Shown piece by piece: positions 25,742 through 35,583 of a stretch of DNA of 64,000 nt; positions within the stretch are counted from its first letter, which is position 1; each line of letters opens with the position of its first letter. The notes beneath the pieces were generated by a model. That model saw only the letters and a list, made by a program, of their open reading frames with translations. It made no database searches and was not told the DNA's origin. Source of the stretch: Candidatus Pacearchaeota archaeon (GTDB taxonomy: Archaea > Nanobdellota > Nanobdellia > Pacearchaeales > GW2011-AR1); contig JAGVXB010000033.1 in the NCBI GenBank assembly GCA_018303995.1, positions 2,486-66,485 of the forward strand. Reading direction: 5' to 3'. Position numbers and translations under genes: made by a program.

Positions 25742-26386
25742 ATGAAAGATAAAGAAATAATCCAAATAATTCTTGCAATAGCAACTCTCGGCATAGTCTA
25801 TGGGTTCAATGAAATAGCCGAAATGAACTTAAATGCCCTTTCAGCAATCATAGGATTCTCTGCAATAATTATCGGAATAAATATTTTATCTAAAAAAATT
25901 GTAGCTTCAAGATTAGATGCAGACGTTGAACATGAAATATGGCAAGTAAAAAGATTTGGCTTTCACCCTGGAGATAACTTCAAAAAAAGTATTTCTGCAG
26001 GAATATTAATTCCTTTATTTGTAACTCTAGTGACTTTAGGTTCAATCGCCCCCATGACTGTAATGACTTATGAAACTCGCGCATTAAAAAGAAGAGCAGC
26101 AAAAAGATTTGGACCTTATAGTTTCACAGAAATGACTGACTTTCACAATGCACTAGTCGGAGCAATAGGAATTATAAGTTGTTTACTAATAACATTCTTA
26201 ACTTATTGGATTCCTGGAGATTCATGGAGTGCAATAGGAAAGATGGCAACATTCTATGCATTTTATAACCTGCTCCCAATATCCAAACTAGATGGTTCTC
26301 AGATTTTCTTTGGTTCAAGAGTCTTATGGTCGGTATTGGCAGTAATAACCTTAATATTCATGTCGTATGCTATCTTCTTAGTGTAA
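25742..26386 (+). CDS. Site-2-protease (M50)-like membrane protein without an intact HExxH
   Basis: The C-terminal NLLPISKLDGSQIF matches the NxxPxxxLDG motif. The position expected for HExxH reads NILSK. Confidence 0.4.
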   Translation: MKDKEIIQIILAIATLGIVYGFNEIAEMNLNALSAIIGFSAIIIGINILSKKIVASRLDADVEHEIWQVKRFGFHPGDNFKKSISAGILIPLFVTLVTLGSIAPMTVMTYETRALKRRAAKRFGPYSFTEMTDFHNALVGAIGIISCLLITFLTYWIPGDSWSAIGKMATFYAFYNLLPISKLDGSQIFFGSRVLWSVLAVITLIFMSYAIFLV

Positions 26387-26388
26387 AC

Positions 26389-27936
26389 ATGGAAGAACTA
26401 AAAAATATTTCTCCAAGAGAGTATCAAAAATCAATAGTAGAGACAGCAAAAGAAAATAACACATTAGTAATTTTACCAACAGGCATAGGAAAAACATTAA
26501 TTGCATTAATGCTTTCAATAGATAGAATAAAAAAATTCCCTGGAAAGAAAATACTTATCCTCGCACCGACAAAACCATTAGTAGAACAACACCTAGAATC
26601 TTTCAAAAAACAACTCCCAGAGCTATTTGCAGAACTAGACATATTCACAGGCACAGTAAACTCAAAAAAACGAAAAGAAATATGGCGTTCAGCAGAAATA
26701 ATTTTTTCAACACCCCAATGTATAGCCAACGATGTACGTAAAGGACTGTATAATTTAGAAGACGTTTCTCTTTTAGTAATAGATGAAGCCCATAGATGCC
26801 TAAAAAATTATGATTATAATTATGTCGCCAACGCATATAAAGAACAGTCAAAAAATCAAAGAATTCTCGGACTCACAGCATCTCCAGGCTCAGACAAAGA
26901 AAGAGTAACTCAAATATGTAAAAATCTAGACATAGAAAAATTAGAAATACGCTCAAGAGATTCAGTAGACGTAAAACCATACTTGCAAGAAAGAACTTTT
27001 GAAAAACATGAAGTTCCATTTCCAAACGAATTTGTAGAAATAAGAACACTATTAAAAAAAATATTTGACTCTAAAATAGAACAACTAAAAAGCAGAAATC
27101 TACTATTTGAACCGGCAAATAAAATAACATTACTAAAACTTCAAAATCGTCTGGCCAGCCAAGTCTCTCCAGGCAATTTCAATGCAATGATTGGAATGTC
27201 CTTATGTGCTCAAGCAATTAAAATATCTCACGCATCAGAATTATTAGAGACACAAACTCTTTCGGGACTGAATGAATACCTAAAAGGCTTGCAAAAACAA
27301 GCAATAGAGAAAAAAAGTAGAGGCGTTCAAACACTAGTCAATTCAGCAGAATTCAGAGCATCAATAATTTCATTAAATAAACTAATAGAACAAAAAATAG
27401 AACACCCAAAAATAGATGAACTCAAAACATTAATAGAGAACGAATTCAAAAATAACAAAAATTCTAAAATTATGATTTTTGCACAATTCAGAGAAACAGC
27501 AAGCGTAATCGCAAAAAATCTAAATACAATCCCAGGAGTAAATGCCAAAACTTTCATAGGTCAGGCAAAAAAACAACAATCAGGCGTAAGCACGGGTTTA
27601 TCTCAAAAAGAACAAAAAAATGTAATAGACCAATTCAAATCAGGAGAAGTCAATATATTATGCGCAACATCCATAGGAGAAGAAGGCCTAGACATCCCAG
27701 AAGTTAACGCAGTATACTTCTACGAACCAATACCTTCGGAAATCAGAAAAATACAGCGTGCAGGCAGAACCGCAAGATTAATGAAAGGAAAATTAGCAAT
27801 TCTAATAACGAAAGGCACAAGAGACGAAGCCCATCATTACGCTTCAATAGCCCGAGAGAAAAAAATGCACAAAACTATAGAATCAGTAAATAAAGACCTC
27901 CAAGATAAAAATAGAACCTTGGATAAATTCAAATGA
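26389..27936 (+). CDS. hef: Hef/FANCM-like DEAH helicase (helicase part only)
   Basis: The start is moved from the track's 26326 to MEELKNISPREYQ at 26389. Motifs are LPTGIGKT, LVIDEAHR, LGLTASPG and QRAGRTAR. Confidence 0.85.
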   Translation: MEELKNISPREYQKSIVETAKENNTLVILPTGIGKTLIALMLSIDRIKKFPGKKILILAPTKPLVEQHLESFKKQLPELFAELDIFTGTVNSKKRKEIWRSAEIIFSTPQCIANDVRKGLYNLEDVSLLVIDEAHRCLKNYDYNYVANAYKEQSKNQRILGLTASPGSDKERVTQICKNLDIEKLEIRSRDSVDVKPYLQERTFEKHEVPFPNEFVEIRTLLKKIFDSKIEQLKSRNLLFEPANKITLLKLQNRLASQVSPGNFNAMIGMSLCAQAIKISHASELLETQTLSGLNEYLKGLQKQAIEKKSRGVQTLVNSAEFRASIISLNKLIEQKIEHPKIDELKTLIENEFKNNKNSKIMIFAQFRETASVIAKNLNTIPGVNAKTFIGQAKKQQSGVSTGLSQKEQKNVIDQFKSGEVNILCATSIGEEGLDIPEVNAVYFYEPIPSEIRKIQRAGRTARLMKGKLAILITKGTRDEAHHYASIAREKKMHKTIESVNKDLQDKNRTLDKFK

Positions 27937-28598
27937 CATTTTTCAACATCTTTTCAAACAAAAAAATAAAAGAAAAAGAAAGAGCAAAAATAATAGTAGA
28001 CAATAGAGAGAAAAACTCTCTAGTAATAAGCGAATTAATAAAAAGAAATCAAGTAGTAGAATTCGCCCAGCTTCCAGTAGCCGACTATATAATAAACAAC
28101 ATCGCAATAGAAAGAAAAACAATCAATGACTTAAAAAGCTCAATAATAAATAAAAGAATATTTTCACAATTAAACGAATTAAAACAATATCCAAATCATT
28201 TACTAATATTAGAAGGTTTAGAAAATACAGGGTTATACAAAGGACAAATCCATGAGAATGCATTTCGAGGTTTCTTATTAAGCGTAGCTCTAAACTTCAA
28301 AACCCCTATAATATACACACTTAATGAAGAAGATACTGCAAAATACCTAAGCATCTTAGCGACAAAAAAGAATAAAAAAACAGAACCAATTAGAGCATCA
28401 AAAACACTCTCGTCAGACAAAGAACAATTACAGTTCATTTTAGAAGGTTTCCCTGAAATAGGCCCGGCAACAACAAATAAATTAATGAAAGAGTTTGAAA
28501 ATCTAAAAAGTATAGCAAACTCAAGCAAAGAACAATTAGAAAAAATAATAGGAAAAAAAGCAGAAAAAATATACAATTTATTTAACCTGAAATTTTAA
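27933..28598 (+). CDS. ERCC4/XPF-type nuclease with C-terminal HhH2 (nuclease part of Hef)
   Basis: IIVDNREKNS...ADYII...IAIERKTINDL is ERCC4-type and FPEIGPATTNKLMKEF is an HhH. It overlaps the helicase ORF by 4 nt (ATGA). Confidence 0.8.
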   Translation: MTFFNIFSNKKIKEKERAKIIVDNREKNSLVISELIKRNQVVEFAQLPVADYIINNIAIERKTINDLKSSIINKRIFSQLNELKQYPNHLLILEGLENTGLYKGQIHENAFRGFLLSVALNFKTPIIYTLNEEDTAKYLSILATKKNKKTEPIRASKTLSSDKEQLQFILEGFPEIGPATTNKLMKEFENLKSIANSSKEQLEKIIGKKAEKIYNLFNLKF

Positions 28599-28615
28599 AT
28601 CAAAGGAATACAGTT

Positions 28616-28876
28616 CTAGGAAGACTCTTTGAAGTAATATCTTGCCAATTCGTCAACATCGACTCGATAGGGCTTATTTATAGATCCCAAACGCCTAGCA
28701 AAATCATTTCTAAAATCTTCAACCCTACAAATTAAATCTTTATCATACTTTTTCAAAGTTTTAATAACTTCACAAACTAAATCTTTATCTTCTCCAAAAA
28801 AATGTACTTCTTTAGGCTTAAAATCCAAAAAGCCTTTGATAACTTCCTGAGCTATAATCTCTCCTAAGTTCATCAA
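28616..28876 (-). CDS. Hypothetical protein
   Basis: 86-aa ORF with coding-like composition. No motif recognised. Confidence 0.35.
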   Translation of the reverse strand: MMNLGEIIAQEVIKGFLDFKPKEVHFFGEDKDLVCEVIKTLKKYDKDLICRVEDFRNDFARRLGSINKPYRVDVDELARYYFKESS

Positions 28877-28987
28877 AATAAAATAAACAAAATCTTATTT
28901 TTAAATAAATATAAATCAAATTATCCGATAACCTAACACGATAATGTTATAAACTAAACAATTCTTTAAACATTATATTTTATTTTA

Positions 28988-29308
28988 TCAAGAAATAACT
29001 TTAACACTAAAAGCTCTCACTCGTAAATCTTCAGGAAAACGCTCAATCACTCCGGAAACAACAACATTCAATCCAATATAATTTTTAGAACATTCGCAAA
29101 AAACAAGAATATCTCCAACTATCAAAAGCTTCCCAGAACCAAATTTCCTTTCTTCATCAACAATTCCTTTAATTGAAATAACTTCTCCAACAACCAATCC
29201 ATCGAGCGTTTCAACAAAAACAGGTTCTTTCAACAAAAGCGCAACCAGCAAACCCAACCCAATAATAGCAGTAATAAACGCAATTTTTAGCATAAAATAC
29301 CATATCAC
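28988..29308 (-). CDS. Membrane-anchored OB-fold-like protein
   Basis: An N-terminal TM helix is followed by the beta-rich VVGEVISIKGIVDEERKFGSGKLLIVGD...VVVSGVIERF. Confidence 0.35.
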   Translation of the reverse strand: MIWYFMLKIAFITAIIGLGLLVALLLKEPVFVETLDGLVVGEVISIKGIVDEERKFGSGKLLIVGDILVFCECSKNYIGLNVVVSGVIERFPEDLRVRAFSVKVIS

Positions 29309-29341
29309 AATCTTTAAATTAACCTTTCGCCAGTCAAAAAC

Positions 29342-30472
29342 ATGAACACAGAAGAAAAATTAGAGTTAATAAAAAGAAATACTGAAGAAATAATTGGAGA
29401 AGACGAACTCAAACAATTACTTGAAGCAGGAGAAAAATTAAAACACTACCAAGGTTTTGAAATTTCAGGTAAACCTCACTTAGGACACGGATTAGTCTGC
29501 ATGTCAAAAGTAAAGGACTTCCGTGACGCAGGAATAGAGGTTTCTATTTTTTTAGCCGATTGGCACACATGGATAAATAATAAACTCGGTGGAAAAATGG
29601 AAGTAATTCAAAAAATAGGAGTTCCTTTCTTCAAAGAAGCTCTAATTGCAGCATATAAGTGCGTTGGAGGAAACCCAAAAGACTTAAAATTCGTTCTAGG
29701 AAGCGAATTATACCATAACAATGACAAGTATTGGGAAACAGTTGTAGATGTTTCTAAAAATACAAATCTTGCCAGGATTCAAAGAAGTATAACTATAGCA
29801 GGCAGAAAAGAAGGAGAAGCCGTTAGTTTTGCATTAATGATTTATCCAGTAATGCAAGTAGCAGACATTTTCAATCAAAAGATTAATATTGCTCATGCAG
29901 GAAAAGATCAAAGAAAAGCGCAAGTTATTGCTCGAGAGGTCGCTCTTCAATTAAAAGAACCTTTAAAAAACAAAAAAGGGGAGTCAATTAAACCAATAGC
30001 AATTCACGGACACCTCATATTAGGTTTGCAAAAACCTTCAATTTGGCCAGTTCCTAAAGAAAAATTACAAGATTTATGGGCTGAATTAAAAATGTCAAAA
30101 TCAATCCCATCATCAGCAGTGTATATGACAGACACAGAAGAAGAAGTAAAAAAGAAAATCTCACAAGCATTCTGTCCGGAAGGCGAAACCGAATTTAATC
30201 CATTGTTAGACTGGGCTAAATATATAGTATTTATTAGCGATAAATCAAAACTAGAAATAAAGAGACCAACAAAATTTGGAGGAAATAAAACCTACAAATC
30301 ATTTGCCGAGCTAGAAAAAGATTTTGCAGAAAAGAAACTTCACCCAATGGATCTGAAATCAGCAATGGCTGAAAAAATTAACGAAATACTCAAACCAGCA
30401 AGAGAACACTTCGCACAACTAAAAATAAAGAAAATTAAAGAAGAAATGGACAAACTTTTAATTACGAGATAA
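29342..30472 (+). CDS. tyrS: Tyrosyl-tRNA synthetase
   Basis: The HIGH motif is GKPHLGH and the KMSKS motif is LKMSKS. IKRNTEEII, AGKDQRKAQVIAREV, IKRPTKFGG and KLHPMDLKSAMAEKINEILKP are colinear with archaeal TyrRS. Confidence 0.88.
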   Translation: MNTEEKLELIKRNTEEIIGEDELKQLLEAGEKLKHYQGFEISGKPHLGHGLVCMSKVKDFRDAGIEVSIFLADWHTWINNKLGGKMEVIQKIGVPFFKEALIAAYKCVGGNPKDLKFVLGSELYHNNDKYWETVVDVSKNTNLARIQRSITIAGRKEGEAVSFALMIYPVMQVADIFNQKINIAHAGKDQRKAQVIAREVALQLKEPLKNKKGESIKPIAIHGHLILGLQKPSIWPVPKEKLQDLWAELKMSKSIPSSAVYMTDTEEEVKKKISQAFCPEGETEFNPLLDWAKYIVFISDKSKLEIKRPTKFGGNKTYKSFAELEKDFAEKKLHPMDLKSAMAEKINEILKPAREHFAQLKIKKIKEEMDKLLITR

Positions 30473-30509
30473 TTTATAAATCCAACATACAATAAATAAC
30501 GATAAAAAC

Positions 30510-31793
30510 ATGATAAAAAAGAGAGTTTTATTCTTAGGAATTTTTATCTTAATAGGATTAGTATATTTAGTAACCGCCTTAGCAGGTGACGGAGTAATCA
30601 TAGTGTCTCCAACTTCAGGAACAAACTTCACAACCCTGTCAGCAGTACTATTTAACGTATCATTCACAAATGGAACTGATATCACAAACCCTGAAAATGC
30701 AACATTCTTTATCAACTTAAGCGGAGTATGGTCTCAAATAGGAAGCACAGCAATTGCAGGAGGATGCAACGTAACTGCAACAACTTCATCCTGCTATGCA
30801 AACATAACAAACACGACAATTCCAGATGGAATATATAGCATCAATACAACAATTTACAATTCAACAAATTCAGCAACAATATCAATTATACACACAGGAA
30901 ACTTAAGCAACATAATCTATATAGACAACACTGCACCAATAGTTTTCACCACAAATATATCTAATCCAACTGCGGGAGGAAATTATTCCCAAAATCTTAT
31001 ACTCAACGTATCTGCAATAGATTCTACAATAGGAGTGCAAACAGTACTATTTAACATAACTAATTCTAGTGGACATCAAAACGCAAGTTTAATAGGGGTA
31101 AAAGAAGGTTCAGCTTCAAGTTATATAATAACGACCAACACAACCCATTATCCAGATGGATACTACAATATAACTATTCATGCAAATGATACTGTAAATA
31201 ACTTAAACAATAGCGCACGTGTTACTAGATTTATAGTTGACAACACTGCTCCAACGATAACCCATAGTTGCGACGATTATTCCGTAATAGAAGATGAGGA
31301 AATAACTTGCACATGCAACGCTACTGATGCCTTGTCTGGAATAAACCTTTCATATGGAACAAATGGAGTATCTTTTACTGCGCATCCTTCTACATCAAGT
31401 ACGGGAAATAATAAACAAACAACTTGTACTTCACAAGATAAAGCAAGCAATCTCAGAACGTCGACCATTTACTACAATGTTACCAATGCGTCTAGTTCTA
31501 GTAGTACTACTTCAACTTCAACGAGTACTTCAACTTCAACGAGTACTTCAACAAACACAAATTCTTCAAATAGCACGACGTCAAACATCACAAACCAAAA
31601 TGCAAGCAATGGTACAAATAATACATTGCAAGGAAATCAAGGAAATTCAGGAACCCCTAAAGAAGAATTAAAAATAAATCCTTGGATACTTGGAGGAAGC
31701 ATCTTAATTATGGGATTAGGAACAACAATTTACTTTCTGATTAAAAAATACAAAATAAAATTTAATAACTTTAAAATAACAAAGTTTAAATAG
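30510..31793 (+). CDS. Surface protein: signal peptide, N-x-S/T-rich Ig-like repeats, S/T linker, C-terminal TM anchor
   Basis: The signal peptide is MIKKRVLFLGIFILIGLVYLV, there are dozens of N-x-S/T sequons, the linker is TSTSTSTSTSTSTSTN, and the C-terminus is WILGGSILIMGLGTTIYFLIKKYK. Confidence 0.6.
   Translation: MIKKRVLFLGIFILIGLVYLVTALAGDGVIIVSPTSGTNFTTLSAVLFNVSFTNGTDITNPENATFFINLSGVWSQIGSTAIAGGCNVTATTSSCYANITNTTIPDGIYSINTTIYNSTNSATISIIHTGNLSNIIYIDNTAPIVFTTNISNPTAGGNYSQNLILNVSAIDSTIGVQTVLFNITNSSGHQNASLIGVKEGSASSYIITTNTTHYPDGYYNITIHANDTVNNLNNSARVTRFIVDNTAPTITHSCDDYSVIEDEEITCTCNATDALSGINLSYGTNGVSFTAHPSTSSTGNNKQTTCTSQDKASNLRTSTIYYNVTNASSSSSTTSTSTSTSTSTSTSTNTNSSNSTTSNITNQNASNGTNNTLQGNQGNSGTPKEELKINPWILGGSILIMGLGTTIYFLIKKYKIKFNNFKITKFK
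30690..30748. repeat. 59-nt stretch identical to 31997-32055
   Basis: CCTGAAAATGCAACATTCTTTATCAACTTAAGCGGAGTATGGTCTCAAATAGGAAGCAC occurs in both paralogs, while the flanking sequence is diverged. Confidence 0.85.
31508..31552. repeat. 18-nt tandem repeat x2.5 (TACTTCAACTTCAACGAG) encoding the (ST)n linker
   Basis: Read directly from the sequence. Confidence 0.85.
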
Positions 31794-31813
31794 TAAATAA
31801 TTTATTCTGTCCT

Positions 31814-33391
31814 ATGCAAAAAAAGAGTTTGGTAATTGTCAGTCTTCTAATTATATCAGTACTCTTGGCTTGGATTGTAATGGCAGCATCAGGAGATGGA
31901 GTAAAAATAACTTCTCCAGTAATTGGAACAAACCTTACATCAGTCACATCATTTATATTCAATGTTAGCTTTCTAAACTCGACAGACATCCAAAATCCTG
32001 AAAATGCAACATTCTTTATCAACTTAAGCGGAGTATGGTCTCAAATAGGAAGCACTTCCGCAGCAGGAGGATGTAACGTAACTGAAACAACTTCCTCATG
32101 CTATGCAAATATAACAAATACAACAATCCCCGATGGAGTTTACACCGTTAATGCAACGATTCGTAACGCAACAAGTGCAATTTCAGTAATAAACGCAACA
32201 AACTTAACAACATTACTAACAATAGATGGTACAAAACCTCAAGCATTCGCACAAAACTTCACAGGATCTGTCATTCCATACGGAAACCTTTCTTCGTTAA
32301 TCGGTGGTCTATATTACATAAACGCAAGCCTTGTTGATCTTACAGCTGGAATAAACACAGTTTTATTCAACATAACTAGATCAACTGGAGTACAAAATGC
32401 AAGTTTAGTAGGAACAAGAGAAGGTACAACAAATTATTACAGCGTAGCGCTAAACACCACTCATTACGCTGATGGAACTTACAACATAACAATCTTTGTC
32501 AATGACAGTGCAGGAAACCTAAATAGTTCAGCAAGAGCAATATCGTACTTCGATGATACAAAACCTCAAGCATTCGCACAAAACTTCACAGGATCTGTTG
32601 CATCATATGCAAATCTTTCTTCATCAGTTAGTGAAATTCATATAAATGCAAGTCTCATAGATATCACCGCCGGAATAGGCACAGTTCTATTTAACATAAC
32701 TAATTCAACCGGAGAACAAAATGCAAGCTTAGTAGGAACAAGAGAAGGCACAACAAATTATTACAGCGCGGCACTAAACACCACACACTTCCCTGATGGA
32801 ACTTACAACCTTACTATATTTGTTAATGACAGTGCAGGAAATTTAAATAGTTCAGCAAAAATCTCATCAATAATACTTGACAGCACAGCACCTTCCGTAA
32901 CTATATCTTGCACTCCAAGCACAGCAACTGAAGGAGGAACAGTAACTTGTACATGTAGTGTTTCAGACGCAACATCTGGAGTGAACACATCATATGGAAC
33001 AAACGGTGCTGCATTCACTGCAAACCCATCAACAACAAACACAGGAACACACACACAATCATGCACAGGAAAAGATAAAGCAGGAAACTCAAAAACAAGT
33101 TCAACAACATTTAATGTAGAAGGAGCATCAAGATCCAGTAGTAGAAGCAGTAGTGGAAGCGGGTCTGTAAGTCCTCCATCATCGACCTCAAGTGGCTCTA
33201 GCTCAACACCTCCTTCAACAACAAATTCAACAGAATCAGGAACCGGAGCAAACACAGGCACAGGAGCATCTGGAGAATCACAAGGAACAAACGAAACGCC
33301 TAAAACATCAAACAGTAAATGGATTTGGGCATTAGTAGCCTTAGTCATAATAGTTGCAATAGTTATAGTTGTAATGAAGAGAAGAAAGTAA
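31814..33391 (+). CDS. Surface protein paralog with a duplicated ~109-aa module
   Basis: It has the same architecture as 30510-31793. A perfect 41-nt repeat occurs at 32231-32271 and 32558-32598 (period 327 nt; TKPQAFAQNFTGSV ... LFNIT.STG.QNASLVGTREGTTNYYS). The C-terminus is WIWALVALVIIVAIVIVVMKRRK. Confidence 0.6.
   Translation: MQKKSLVIVSLLIISVLLAWIVMAASGDGVKITSPVIGTNLTSVTSFIFNVSFLNSTDIQNPENATFFINLSGVWSQIGSTSAAGGCNVTETTSSCYANITNTTIPDGVYTVNATIRNATSAISVINATNLTTLLTIDGTKPQAFAQNFTGSVIPYGNLSSLIGGLYYINASLVDLTAGINTVLFNITRSTGVQNASLVGTREGTTNYYSVALNTTHYADGTYNITIFVNDSAGNLNSSARAISYFDDTKPQAFAQNFTGSVASYANLSSSVSEIHINASLIDITAGIGTVLFNITNSTGEQNASLVGTREGTTNYYSAALNTTHFPDGTYNLTIFVNDSAGNLNSSAKISSIILDSTAPSVTISCTPSTATEGGTVTCTCSVSDATSGVNTSYGTNGAAFTANPSTTNTGTHTQSCTGKDKAGNSKTSSTTFNVEGASRSSSRSSSGSGSVSPPSSTSSGSSSTPPSTTNSTESGTGANTGTGASGESQGTNETPKTSNSKWIWALVALVIIVAIVIVVMKRRK
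31997..32055. repeat. 59-nt stretch identical to 30690-30748
   Basis: See 30690-30748. Confidence 0.85.
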
Positions 33392-33399
33392 TTTTTTTA

Positions 33400-34323
33400 T
33401 TATCTAGTCTTAAACTCTAATACATCTCTGTCTTTTAATATATGATTCATTCCCACGCGTTGATTAGCAAACTTCCCGCTCGGCCCAGTAAGTTTTGTCT
33501 CAACAATAATTTTTGAAAATCCTTTATATATAGATTCAGCAACATCAAAAACAGTACCCCCCACAGAAAGAACAACCGGCTGACTAGACGGACTCTTTCC
33601 AGGCTCCTTCATATAAACTCTAATTATATTCATCGCCTCAAATATCCGACGTTTAAGCAAATTAATCCCTTCCCCAGTCAATGCAGATACCAATACAAAA
33701 TCACTTCTCTTAGATTTTAACTGAGCCTCAAGCCTCCTTAACGCGTCATAACCTAATAAATCAGTCTTATTTATTAAAAGAAGCCTTTTACCACGGCAAC
33801 GCTCCAAAACCTTTTCAAACAAACTAATATCCTCAAGCTTTTCAGCAACAATTAAAATTAAATCCGCCGTATGTAATATGCTCATATCAAAATCCTTTCC
33901 GAGCACCGCAGGCAAATCAACTATTTGTGCGTAAACTCCTTCATAATACATAGTACCAATATTTGGCTCATGCGTCGTAAATGGCGAAGAAGATACTACA
34001 GGAGAAGCATTAGTAAGCCTGCTCAATAATAAAGATTTCCCAGAATTAGTCAATCCAACTAAAATAACTTGAAACCCCTCCTTTCGTATTCCCTTCTTTC
34101 CCTTTCCTACCGAAGAATTTTTTTCTGCTTTTTCCATAAATTTCTTAAGGCGCGTTTTAAGTTCAGCCACCATTTTCTCAGTACTTTTATGCTTCTTAGA
34201 CATCTGAATCATTTCCTTTAGCCCCTCAATCTTGTCCTCGAGCGTCTGCGCAGACAAATATTTCTTCTCCGCAGTAAAATACTCATGCCCTTGATTTGTG
34301 CTACCCATTTCTACTCCAAGCAT
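33400..34323 (-). CDS. DRG/Obg-family GTP-binding protein with C-terminal TGS domain
   Basis: G1 is VGLTNSGKS and G4 is INKTD. The TGS-like C-terminus is IIRVYMKEPGK...VLSVGGTVFDVAESIYKGF. The likely start is MGSTNQ. Confidence 0.7.
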   Translation of the reverse strand: MLGVEMGSTNQGHEYFTAEKKYLSAQTLEDKIEGLKEMIQMSKKHKSTEKMVAELKTRLKKFMEKAEKNSSVGKGKKGIRKEGFQVILVGLTNSGKSLLLSRLTNASPVVSSSPFTTHEPNIGTMYYEGVYAQIVDLPAVLGKDFDMSILHTADLILIVAEKLEDISLFEKVLERCRGKRLLLINKTDLLGYDALRRLEAQLKSKRSDFVLVSALTGEGINLLKRRIFEAMNIIRVYMKEPGKSPSSQPVVLSVGGTVFDVAESIYKGFSKIIVETKLTGPSGKFANQRVGMNHILKDRDVLEFKTR

Positions 34324-34366
34324 TTATATCCATTAAATAAAAAAGAAGAAGGCATATAAAAGGATA

Positions 34367-35578
34367 ATGTTATTAAGAATCATGAATTTCAAAAAAATAA
34401 AACTAAAAAACGGAATAACTGTCTTGTTTGAAAAAAGAGATCTTCCGATAGTTTGTTACAGCGTATCCAATCCGTTCGGAGGAGCCCATGAAACTTCAGA
34501 CATAAAGGGCGTAGCACATCTATTCGAACACCTGCTATTCAAAGGAACAAAAACCCGCACAGACGAACAAATCTCCAGCGAAGTGGAAAAAAGAGGAGGA
34601 ATAATAAACGCATTTACTGCACAAGAAGTAACAACATACTGGTTTAAACTACCCTCAGAACATCTAGAAGTTGGAATGGATTTAATTCACGATATTCTAA
34701 AAAACCCAATATTTGATAAAGAGAAAATAGAAAGTGAAAAGAAAGTAGTCTTGGAAGAAATAAAAATATATCACGACGACCCTGAAAGAAGAGTTTGTGA
34801 CTTAACAGAGTCTGCGCTATACGAAAAACCGTTCGGAGAAGGAATAACAGGTTCTGAAAAAACAGTAAAATCTCTAACAAGAGAAAAAATAGTTGAAATT
34901 TTCCAAGAAAAATACTCTCCAGAGAACTTCATAGTCACAGTAGTAGGCAACGCAAACATAGACTTAATATGTAAAAAACTAGAAAAAGATTTCAAACCAT
35001 TAAAAAAGAAATACATACCAATAGCAATAAAGCAAAAAAACCAAGACATAGTGGAAGAAAGAGAAGGAATAAACCAAGCAAAAATAGTCTTGGCAATGCA
35101 CGCCCCTTTAGACACCAAAAGTCAATATGCACTAGAAATTCTAAACATATATCTAGCAAGTGGGATGTCTTCTAAACTATCAATAGAAATCAGAGAGCGT
35201 AGAGGCTTAGCATACACAGTATATGGAAGAATAGAAAGAGAAAAGAATTATAGCTACTACAGCATTTTTGCAGGCACAACAAAACAAGACTTAGAAAAAG
35301 TAAAATCTTTAATAATAAAAGGCTTCAAAGACATGGAAAATATGACCGAACAAGACTTAAAAGAATCTAAAGAACGTTTAATAGGGCTAAGAAAAATAGC
35401 ATCTGAAGAAAGTATAAATGTCATGCACGCCTTAATATTCCAAGAAATATCAACAAGCAAAGCAGAAGACCATTATAAATACGAAGAAAGAATCAAAGCA
35501 GTCTCCCTCGAAGAAGTAAAAGCAATAGCAAAAGAATTAATAAAAAACTATAGCACCGCAATAGTCTGCCCTAAGTAA
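34367..35578 (+). CDS. M16 (pitrilysin/insulinase) family zinc peptidase
   Basis: The inverted zinc motif is HLFEHLLFKGT, and the size is typical. Confidence 0.8.
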   Translation: MLLRIMNFKKIKLKNGITVLFEKRDLPIVCYSVSNPFGGAHETSDIKGVAHLFEHLLFKGTKTRTDEQISSEVEKRGGIINAFTAQEVTTYWFKLPSEHLEVGMDLIHDILKNPIFDKEKIESEKKVVLEEIKIYHDDPERRVCDLTESALYEKPFGEGITGSEKTVKSLTREKIVEIFQEKYSPENFIVTVVGNANIDLICKKLEKDFKPLKKKYIPIAIKQKNQDIVEEREGINQAKIVLAMHAPLDTKSQYALEILNIYLASGMSSKLSIEIRERRGLAYTVYGRIEREKNYSYYSIFAGTTKQDLEKVKSLIIKGFKDMENMTEQDLKESKERLIGLRKIASEESINVMHALIFQEISTSKAEDHYKYEERIKAVSLEEVKAIAKELIKNYSTAIVCPK

Positions 35579-35583
35579 TCAAA

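Noticed and set aside
30458-32022. Twin minus-strand ORFs (30458-30715 and 31786-32022) that both start MIKNVAFSGF.
   Set aside because: They are antisense to the 5' parts of the two surface-protein paralogs. Their similarity simply mirrors the 59-nt identical block. Their composition is not coding-like.
32803-33348. 181-aa acidic/Val-rich minus-strand ORF.
   Set aside because: It lies entirely antisense to the S/T/G-rich stalk of 31814-33391. It is an open frame created by codon bias on the opposite strand.
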